Shown piece by piece: positions 1-5,729 of a DNA stretch of 5,729 bases. The notes beneath the pieces were generated by a model. That model was given only the letters and a program-made list of their open reading frames with translations, made no database searches and had not been told where the DNA came from. Each line of letters starts with the position of its first letter. Position 1 is the stretch's first letter. Source of the DNA: a virus. Its lineage: Duplodnaviria > Heunggongvirae > Uroviricota > Caudoviricetes. Both the position numbers and the translations under genes were made by a program. The DNA is taken from IMG/VR virus record IMGVR_UViG_2654587509_000017, one strand, 5' to 3'.

Positions 1-371
1 CGGAAACACCAAACGGGACGGTTACAGTCACCATCAGCGATGATCATAACTTTGACCGTCAAATCATTATTCCGCCCATTATCTTTAACGGAATAGCGTA
101 TAGCGATCCGGGAAGTGGTAATAACCCGGGAGGTACAAGATACACGGGGTATGGTTTTGAAGTTCGCAAAAACGGTGTATTAATCGCATCCAGAGAAACT
201 AAAGGGGCCATTCCCGGTAGCTACAGTGCGGTTATTGATATGCCGAGTGGCAGGGGAAGCGTCACTCTGGAGTTTAAGGTTTTCCATAAAGGCAATCAGC
301 GGGCAGGTAATATCACCGACTGTACGGTGATTGTGACCAAAAAAGCCGCTTCCGGCATCAGTATTCGTTGA
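1..371 (+). CDS. 3' end of a tail-tip / host-specificity protein gene (lambda J-like), partial; open in frame 3 from the window edge to TGA at 369-371
   Basis: Frame 3 is open from nt 3 to the TGA at 369-371 (about 122 codons, ending ...TDCTVIVTKKAASGISIR), with no start codon in the window. It sits directly upstream of lom, matching the lambda order J-lom-stf-tfa. The identity is by synteny only; I cannot confirm the J C-terminal sequence from memory. Confidence 0.55.
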   Translation, partial: ETPNGTVTVTISDDHNFDRQIIIPPIIFNGIAYSDPGSGNNPGGTRYTGYGFEVRKNGVLIASRETKGAIPGSYSAVIDMPSGRGSVTLEFKVFHKGNQRAGNITDCTVIVTKKAASGISIR

Positions 372-392
372 AATTGTTATAACCCATATAAG

Positions 393-419
393 GGCACCAG
401 AAATGGTGCCTTTTTTATT
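393..419 (+). terminator. Candidate intrinsic terminator between the J-like gene and lom
   Basis: GGCACC (393-398) and GGTGCC (405-410) form a 6-bp GC-rich stem with a 6-nt loop (AGAAAT), followed directly by TTTTTTATT (411-419). Confidence 0.5.
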
Positions 420-440
420 GCAGAAAAGCGAGAGGTAATT

Positions 441-1040
441 ATGCGTAAACTTTATGCCGCCATTTTTTCCGCAGCCATTTGTCTGGCCGTATCCGGTGCG
501 CCTGCATGGGCATCTGAACATCAGTCCACGCTGAGCGCGGGGTATCTTCATGCCTCGACGAACGTTCCCGGCAGCGATGATCTGAACGGGATTAACGTGA
601 AATACCGTTATGAGTTTACGGACACACTGGGGCTGGTGACGTCATTCAGCTATGCAGGAGACAAGAATCGCCAGCTTACCCGTTACAGCGATACCCGCTG
701 GCATGAAGATTCCGTGCGTAACCGCTGGTTCAGCGTGATGGTGGGGCCGTCTGTGCGCGTGAATGAATGGTTCAGCGCGTATGCGATGGCGGGTATGGCT
801 TACAGCCGTGTGTCGACTTTCTCCGGGGATTATCTCCGCGTAACTGACAACAAGGGGAAAACGCACGACGTGCTGACCGGAAGTGATGACGGTCGCCACA
901 GCAACACGTCTCTGGCGTGGGGAGCTGGCGTGCAGTTTAACCCGACCGAATCCGTGGCCATTGATATTGCTTATGAAGGCTCCGGCAGTGGCGACTGGCG
1001 CACTGACGGTTTCATCGTGGGTGTCGGTTATAAGTTCTGA
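441..1040 (+). CDS. lom: Lom, Ail/Lom/PagC-family 8-stranded outer-membrane beta-barrel protein (lysogenic-conversion moron)
   Basis: 199-aa ORF with AGAGG (431-435) 5 nt before the ATG. N-terminal signal peptide [24 protein letters not shown] with an AWA/S cleavage site. C-terminus ...[20 protein letters not shown] matches the lambda Lom C-terminus as I recall it, including the terminal aromatic residue typical of OMP beta-signals. Position between J and stf is as in lambda. Confidence 0.93.
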
Positions 1041-1066
1041 TTAGCCAGGTAACACAGTGTTATGAC

Positions 1067-1093
1067 AGCCCGCCTGTTCAGGCGGGCTTTTTT
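1067..1093 (+). terminator. Intrinsic terminator downstream of lom
   Basis: AGCCCGCC (1067-1074) pairs with GGCGGGCT (1081-1088) as an 8-bp GC-rich stem with loop TGTTCA, followed by a T6 run (1088-1093). It lies 27 nt after the lom stop and ends 11 nt before the stf ATG. Confidence 0.7.
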
Positions 1094-1104
1094 GTGGGGT
1101 GAAT

Positions 1105-4068
1105 ATGGCAGTAAAGATTTCAGGTGTACTGAAAGACGGCACAGGAAAACCGGTACAGAACTGCACAATCCAGCTGAAAGCAAAACGTAACAGCACCACG
1201 GTGGTGGTGAACACGCTGGCCTCAGAAAATCCGGATGAAGCCGGGCGTTACAGCATGGACGTTGAGTACGGGCAGTACAGCGTTATTCTGTTGGTGGAGG
1301 GATTCCCGCCGTCACATGCCGGGACCATCACCGTGTATGAAGATTCCCAACCCGGTACGCTGAATGATTTTCTTGGTGCCATGACTGAGGATGATGTCCG
1401 TCCGGAGGCACTGCGCCGTTTTGAGCTGATGGTGGAAGAGGTGGCGCGTAACGCGTCCGCGGTGGCACAGAACACGGCAGCCGCGAAGAAGTCAGCCAGC
1501 GATGCCAGCACATCAGCCCGTGAGGCGGCAACCCATGCGACTGATGCTGCGGACTCAGCACGCGCAGCCAGCACGTCAGCCGGACAGGCCGCGTCGTCGG
1601 CTCAGTCAGCGTCTTCCAGCGCAGGAACGGCATCAACAAAGGCCACTGAAGCATCAAAAAGTGCTGCCGCTGCAGAGTCCTCAAAAAGCGCGGCGGCTAC
1701 CAGTGCCGGTGCGGCGAAAACGTCAGAAACGAATGCGGCAGCGTCACAACAATCAGCCGCCACTTCTGCATCCACCGCGACCACGAAAGCGTCAGAAGCT
1801 GCCTCCTCAGCCAGGGATGCGTCGGCTTCAAAAGAGGCGGCAAAATCATCAGAAACGAGCGCAGCCTCGAGCGCCAGTAGTTCCGCTTCCTCGGCAACGG
1901 CGGCAGGCAATTCCGCGAAAGCGGCAAAAACGTCCGAGACGAACGCTAAGTCTTCTGAAACGGCAGCGGAACAGAGTGCCTCCGCAGCAGCAGACTCAAA
2001 AACAGCGGCTGCATCATCTGCCAGCGCCGCGTCAACAAGTGCCGGGCAGGCCTCAGCCAGTGCCTCCGCCGCCGGAAAATCGGCAGAAAGTGCTGCATCA
2101 TCCGCTTCAACAGCCACAACGAAGGCTGGCGAAGCCACTGAACAGGCCAGCGCAGCAGCGAGGTCTGCTTCCGCAGCGAAGACATCCGAAACGAACGCGA
2201 AAGCGTCGGAAACCAGCGCAGAATCCTCAAAAACGGCTGCCGCATCGTCCGCCAGTTCGGCGGCGTCATCGGCATCATCTGCGTCTGCTTCAAAAGATGA
2301 GGCGACCAGACAAGCGTCAGCAGCGAGGGGCAGCGCCACGACGGCATCCACGAAGGCGACAGAGGCTGCTGGCAGTGCGACGGCGGCAGCTCAGAGCAAA
2401 AGTACGGCGGAATCCGCGGCAACGCGCGCCGAGACAGCGGCAAAACGGGCAGAGGATATTGCATCCGCCGTGGCGCTTGAGGATGCGAGCACGACGAAAA
2501 AGGGGATAGTACAGCTCAGCAGTGCGACTAACAGCACTTCCGAGTCACTGGCGGCAACGCCAAAAGCCGTTAAGGCCGCGTATGAGCTGGCTAACGGGAA
2601 ATACACCGCACAGGATGCAACGACAGCACAGAAAGGGATAGTTCAGCTTAGCAACGCGACCAACAGCACATCTGAAATGCTGGCGGCAACGCCAAAGTCG
2701 GTAAAGGCAGCCTATGACCTTGCTAACGGGAAATATACTGCTCAGGACGCTACGACAACACAAAAAGGAATTGTCCAGCTCAGTAGTGCAACCAACAGCG
2801 CATCTGAAACGCTTGCCGCGACACCGAAAGCAGTGAAAGCAGCTAATGATAATGCGAATGGTCGGGTACCTTCTGCCCGTAAGGTGAATGGTAAGGCGCT
2901 TTCAGCTGATATAACACTGACGCCGAAAGATATTGGTACGCTTAACTCAACAACAATGTCATTCAGCGGTGGTGCTGGTTGGTTCAAATTAGCAACGGTA
3001 ACCATGCCACAGGCGAGTTCTGTTGTTTCAATTACGTTGATTGGTGGCGCGGGATTTAACGTGGGGTCACCTCAACAGGCAGGTATATCTGAACTTGTTT
3101 TGCGTGCAGGTAATGGTAATCCGAAGGGGATTACTGGTGCTTTATGGCAGCGCACATCGACAGGGTTTACAAATTTTGCCTGGGTCAATACATCTGGTGA
3201 TACTTACGATATTTACGTTGCAATCGGAAATTATGCGACTGGTGTAAATATTCAATGGGATTATACCAGTAATGCCAGCGTGACGATTCATACGTCACCA
3301 GCATATTCTGCTAATAAGCCGGAAGGGTTAACGGACGGTACAGTTTATTCACTCTATACGCCATCAGAGCAGTTTTATCCGCCTGGCGCACCAATCCCGT
3401 GGCCATCAGATACCGTTCCGTCTGGCTATGCCCTGATGCAGGGGCAGACTTTTGACAAATCTGCATACCCGAAACTTGCAGCCGCTTATCCGTCAGGCGT
3501 GATCCCTGATATGCGTGGCTGGACGATTAAGGGCAAACCCGCCAGTGGTCGTGCCGTATTGTCTCAGGAACAGGACGGCATTAAATCGCACACCCACAGC
3601 GCCAGCGCATCCAGTACGGATTTGGGGACGAAAAACACATCGTCGTTTGATTACGGAACCAAATCCACGAATAACACCGGGGCGCATACCCATAGTATTA
3701 GCGGGACTGCAAATAGTGCCGGTGCGCACCAACACAAGAGTTCCGGTGCATTTGGTGGCACGAACACGAGCATTTTCCCTAATGGTTATACCGCGATTTC
3801 AAATCTAAGCGCGGGGATTATGAGCACAACAAGCGGTAGTGGCCAGACTCGTAATGCAGGGAAGACATCATCAGATGGTGCTCATACCCACTCGCTGTCC
3901 GGCACTGCTGCAAGCGCAGGCGCACATGCACATACTGTCAGTATTGGTGCTCATACGCACTCCGTTGCGATTGGTTCACATGGACACACCATCACCGTTA
4001 ACGCTGCTGGTAACGCGGAAAACACCGTCAAAAACATCGCATTTAACTATATTGTGAGGCTTGCATAA
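1105..4068 (+). CDS. stf: Side tail fibre protein Stf (lambda Stf / T4 gp37-related), 987 aa from ATG 1105; the ORF track starts 2 codons earlier at GTG 1099
   Basis: N-terminus [26 protein letters not shown]... matches the lambda Stf N-terminus as recalled. It has a long Ala/Ser-rich shaft, three tandem ~43-aa fibre repeats ([26 protein letters not shown]), the conserved [38 protein letters not shown] block, and a C-terminal cluster of seven HxH motifs ending ...[28 protein letters not shown] lies 5-10 nt upstream of ATG 1105. Confidence 0.93.
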   Translation: MAVKISGVLKDGTGKPVQNCTIQLKAKRNSTTVVVNTLASENPDEAGRYSMDVEYGQYSVILLVEGFPPSHAGTITVYEDSQPGTLNDFLGAMTEDDVRPEALRRFELMVEEVARNASAVAQNTAAAKKSASDASTSAREAATHATDAADSARAASTSAGQAASSAQSASSSAGTASTKATEASKSAAAAESSKSAAATSAGAAKTSETNAAASQQSAATSASTATTKASEAASSARDASASKEAAKSSETSAASSASSSASSATAAGNSAKAAKTSETNAKSSETAAEQSASAAADSKTAAASSASAASTSAGQASASASAAGKSAESAASSASTATTKAGEATEQASAAARSASAAKTSETNAKASETSAESSKTAAASSASSAASSASSASASKDEATRQASAARGSATTASTKATEAAGSATAAAQSKSTAESAATRAETAAKRAEDIASAVALEDASTTKKGIVQLSSATNSTSESLAATPKAVKAAYELANGKYTAQDATTAQKGIVQLSNATNSTSEMLAATPKSVKAAYDLANGKYTAQDATTTQKGIVQLSSATNSASETLAATPKAVKAANDNANGRVPSARKVNGKALSADITLTPKDIGTLNSTTMSFSGGAGWFKLATVTMPQASSVVSITLIGGAGFNVGSPQQAGISELVLRAGNGNPKGITGALWQRTSTGFTNFAWVNTSGDTYDIYVAIGNYATGVNIQWDYTSNASVTIHTSPAYSANKPEGLTDGTVYSLYTPSEQFYPPGAPIPWPSDTVPSGYALMQGQTFDKSAYPKLAAAYPSGVIPDMRGWTIKGKPASGRAVLSQEQDGIKSHTHSASASSTDLGTKNTSSFDYGTKSTNNTGAHTHSISGTANSAGAHQHKSSGAFGGTNTSIFPNGYTAISNLSAGIMSTTSGSGQTRNAGKTSSDGAHTHSLSGTAASAGAHAHTVSIGAHTHSVAIGSHGHTITVNAAGNAENTVKNIAFNYIVRLA
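2491..2880 (+). repeat. Three tandem in-frame fibre repeats of 129-132 bp (43-44 aa) inside stf
   Basis: Units start at 2491 ([43 protein letters not shown]), 2620 ([44 protein letters not shown]) and 2752 ([37 protein letters not shown]..., degenerating). The amino-acid sequence is conserved more strongly than the nucleotides, with many synonymous differences between units. Confidence 0.85.
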
Positions 4069-4643
4069 TGGCATTCAGAATGAGTGAACAAGCACGGACC
4101 ATAAAAATTTATAATCTGCTGGCCGGAACTAATGAATTTATTGGTGAAGGTGACGCATATATTCCGCCTCATACAGGTCTGCCAGCAAACAGTACCGATA
4201 TTGCACCGCCAGATATTCCGGCAGGCTTCGTGGCTGTTTTCAACAGTGATGAGGCATCGTGGCATCTCGTTGAAGATCATCGGGGAAAAACCGTCTATGA
4301 CGTGGCTTCCGGCGACGCGTTATTTATTTCTGAACTCGGTCCGTTACCGGAAAATGTTACCTGGTTATCGCCGGAAGGGGAGTTTCAGAAGTGGAACGGC
4401 ACAGCTTGGGTGAAGGATACGGAAGCAGAAAAACTGTTCCGGATCCGGGAGGCGGAAGAAACAAAAAACAACCTGATGCAGGTAGCCAGTGAGCATATTG
4501 CGCCGCTTCAGGATGCTGCAGATCTGGAAATTGCAACGGAGGAAGAAATCTCGTTGCTGGAAGCATGGAAAAAGTATCGGGTATTGCTGAACCGTGTTGA
4601 TACGTCAACTGCACAGGATATTGAATGGCCAGCACTGCCGTAG
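4068..4643 (+). CDS. tfa: Tail fibre assembly chaperone Tfa (lambda Tfa / T4 gp38-like N-terminal family)
   Basis: 191-aa [99 protein letters not shown]... is nearly identical to lambda Tfa as I recall it. Its ATG (4068-4070) overlaps the stf TAA (4066-4068) by 1 nt in a TAATG arrangement. Confidence 0.93.
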   Translation: MAFRMSEQARTIKIYNLLAGTNEFIGEGDAYIPPHTGLPANSTDIAPPDIPAGFVAVFNSDEASWHLVEDHRGKTVYDVASGDALFISELGPLPENVTWLSPEGEFQKWNGTAWVKDTEAEKLFRIREAEETKNNLMQVASEHIAPLQDAADLEIATEEEISLLEAWKKYRVLLNRVDTSTAQDIEWPALP

Positions 4644-4719
4644 GGTAAAACATATAAATTCTATAATTAGATGTATCTTTCCATTTACGGCAAGGAAGGG
4701 GGCTTGGAACACGTAAAGC

Positions 4720-4742
4720 ATCTCACACCGAGATTATTTTTT
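4720..4742. terminator. Weak hairpin plus T-run in the convergent tfa/recombinase intergenic region; possible terminator
   Basis: ATCTC (4720-4724) and GAGAT (4730-4734) flank a 5-nt loop, followed on the + strand by TATTTTTT (4735-4742). The stem is short and AT-rich, so this is low confidence. Confidence 0.25.
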
Positions 4743-5331
4743 ATATGTCAGGTGTCTGAAGTTTTGCTTTGGCTCTTAAAATGGTTTGCCGCGAGGTTTT
4801 GAATTCCCGGGCAATGGCACTTATACTTACACCTGACTTAATTCGTTCGAATACCACCTGTTTCTGTTCTTCATTTAACACAGGTGGTCGACCAAAACGT
4901 TTCCCTGCGCCGCGGGCTCTTACTATCCCGGAATGAGTGCGTTCAAGTAAAAGGTCTCGTTCAAATTCAGCGACTGCTGAAATTACTTGCATCATCATTT
5001 TTCCTGTTGGACTGGTCAGGTCAATGCCACCCAATGCCAAGCAATGCACTCTGATACCTGTTTCGGTCAGTTGTTCCACTGTTTTCCTGATATCCATTGC
5101 ATTACAACCAAGGCGATCCAGTTTTGTCACAATCAATTGATCACCACATTTCAGGCGAGCAAGCAACCGGTTAAAACCAGGACGCTCACTGGTTGCTGCT
5201 GAGCCGCTAATGTGTTCTTCGATTATTTGCTGAGGTTTGATTTTAAAACCTGCACTTTCGATTTCCCGGCGTTGATTTTCGGTGGTCTGATCCAGCGTTG
5301 ATATCCGACAGTAAGCAAAAATTCGAGACAT
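4741..5331 (-). CDS. Serine recombinase, small resolvase/DNA-invertase family (catalytic domain plus C-terminal HTH)
   Basis: 196-aa ORF starting [15 protein letters not shown]. The R-I-S-T-x-D-Q motif places the predicted nucleophile at Ser11, there is a KLDRLG box at residues 70-75, and a ...[12 protein letters not shown]... E-helix region. The C-terminus [40 protein letters not shown] looks like a helix-turn-helix. Length and architecture match Hin/Gin/Pin invertases and Tn3/gamma-delta resolvases; I cannot tell from sequence alone which subtype it is. Confidence 0.85.
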
Positions 5332-5468
5332 AGTGAGACTCTATACGAAATTGGTGTTCATATCATAATGCATCTCAGAAAATAATTATGATTATTTTTG
5401 TGCATATTTGTATGTACACGTTCGAAAATAAACGAATGCGTATGCAACCCCGTAATTTTGGTGAGACC

Positions 5469-5482
5469 CAAAATCGATTTTG
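5469..5482. promoter_or_regulatory. Perfect 14-bp palindrome CAAAATCGATTTTG in the AT-rich region upstream of the recombinase; candidate protein-binding site
   Basis: The sequence is exactly self-complementary and lies about 140 bp upstream of the recombinase start codon. Its function is unknown. Confidence 0.25.
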
Positions 5483-5636
5483 TGAAAAATGGCTTTAACT
5501 CGGTTTGTTTTTCGAGTTCCGGGCGGACTCAAGGAAGAAGAATAGTGTTGCGTGTTATTTTAACCAGATTTCAAGTTGTTTGGACGTGGAAAAGTGGAGC
5601 AAAATGTTGTTGAAGTGGAAAAATGATAAAAAAGTA

Positions 5637-5729
5637 GGTGATGCTGCCAACTTACTGATTTAGTGTATGATGGTGTTTTTGAGGTGCTCCAGTGGCTTCT
5701 GTTTCTATCAGCTGTCCCTCCTGTTCAGC
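5637..5729 (+). mobile_element. IS1 insertion sequence, left end (terminal inverted repeat plus start of insA), truncated by the window edge
   Basis: 5637 onward reads GGTGATGCTGCCAACTTACTGATTTAGTGTATGATGGTGTTTTTGAGGTGCTCCAGTGGCTTCTGTTTCTATCAGCTGTCCCTCCTGTTCAGC, which matches the IS1 left terminus and insA 5' region as I recall them. There is an abrupt change from the preceding AT-rich DNA at 5636/5637. Confidence 0.9.
5692..5729 (+). CDS. insA: insA (IS1 transposition regulator / transposase N-terminal part), 5' fragment, GTG start
   Basis: GTG at 5692 followed by codons for ASVSISCPSCS..., matching the InsA N-terminus MASVSISCPSCSATDG... as recalled; GAGG lies upstream at 5681-5684. Confidence 0.8.
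   Translation, partial: MASVSISCPSCS

Noticed and set aside
180-551. 123-aa minus-strand ORF spanning the J-like 3' end and the lom 5' end
   Set aside because: It is antisense to two well-supported genes and runs across the J/lom intergenic terminator. No RBS is evident and the product has no recognisable features.
642-899. 85-aa minus-strand ORF inside lom
   Set aside because: It is antisense to lom, whose frame is strongly supported by its signal peptide and C-terminal beta-signal. It is His/Arg-rich and implausible.
1602-2351. 249-aa minus-strand ORF (Ala/Asp/Glu-rich) antisense to stf
   Set aside because: This is the antisense shadow of the GC-rich repetitive stf shaft: GCN codons reverse-complement to NGC codons and give a stop-free antisense frame. 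There are no independent signals.
1502-2509. 335-aa plus-strand ORF (Arg/Pro/Gln-rich) overlapping stf in another frame
   Set aside because: It lies entirely inside the stf Ala/Ser-rich shaft. The GCN/TCN/AGC codon bias there removes stop codons from other frames. The product is low-complexity RPQ-rich with no RBS or start context, and the stf frame is the one that carries recognisable fibre homology.
1248-2606. Other nested ORFs on the minus strand within stf (1248..1574, 1328..1684, 1697..1927, 1946..2464, 2391..2606) and later ones (2545..2763, 2742..3005, 3041..3247, 3493..3735, 3515..3808, 3839..4057)
   Set aside because: All are contained in the stf CDS, lack start/RBS context, and have low-complexity or implausible compositions. 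They are explained by the codon bias of stf.
2400-4643. Gin/Pin-type invertible fibre segment (alternative stf C-terminus plus an inverted second tfa)
   Set aside because: There is no inverted duplicate of the fibre C-terminus or of tfa, and I found no 26-bp inverted crossover sites flanking stf-C/tfa. The recombinase is therefore not demonstrably a fibre-switching invertase in this window.
4047-4653. ORFs 4047..4280 (-), 4132..4413 (+) and 4357..4653 (-) overlapping tfa
   Set aside because: They are alternative-frame or antisense ORFs within tfa, which has strong lambda Tfa similarity in its own frame.
4937-5202. Plus-strand ORFs 4937..5140 and 4987..5202 antisense to the recombinase
   Set aside because: Both are contained in the recombinase CDS on the opposite strand. 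They have no RBS and no recognisable motifs.
5497-5518. Hairpin AACTCG / CGAGTT with a 10-nt loop
   Set aside because: The loop is long and no T-run follows on either strand, so it is not a credible intrinsic terminator. It was not called as a feature.
5398-5613. 71-aa Cys-rich ORF in the AT-rich region upstream of the recombinase
   Set aside because: It starts at a TTG with no Shine-Dalgarno sequence, lies in AT-rich promoter-like DNA, and its composition looks random. It is more likely a regulatory region than a gene. Cys-rich small proteins do exist, but nothing supports this one.
1-5729. CRISPR arrays, tRNA/rRNA genes, toxin-antitoxin pairs or a multi-gene defence island
   Set aside because: There are no short regularly spaced direct repeats and no tRNA-like cloverleaf candidates. 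All sizeable ORFs are accounted for by tail-fibre genes, lom, the recombinase and IS1. The only unassigned DNA is about 300 bp of AT-rich sequence at 5332-5636.

Overview
The window reads as the distal tail-fibre end of a lambdoid (lambda-like) enterobacterial prophage. The gene order is: 3' end of a J-like tail-tip/host-specificity gene (1..371), lom outer-membrane protein moron (441..1040), side tail fibre stf (1105..4068), tail fibre assembly chaperone tfa (4068..4643), then a convergent serine recombinase of the resolvase/invertase family on the minus strand (4741..5331), about 300 bp of AT-rich non-coding DNA, and the left end of an IS1 element (5637 to the window edge). All CDS calls rest on reading the supplied translations and on recalled similarity to phage lambda Lom/Stf/Tfa and to Hin/Gin/Tn3-type recombinases; no database search was run. 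I do not see a convincing new multi-gene system such as a defence system. The observations most worth a second look are the mosaic build of stf (a low-GC central module inside a high-GC gene), a Cys at the position of a conserved Arg in the recombinase, the lack of any invertible segment next to that recombinase, and the IS1 junction. Many long alternative-frame ORFs inside stf are composition artefacts.
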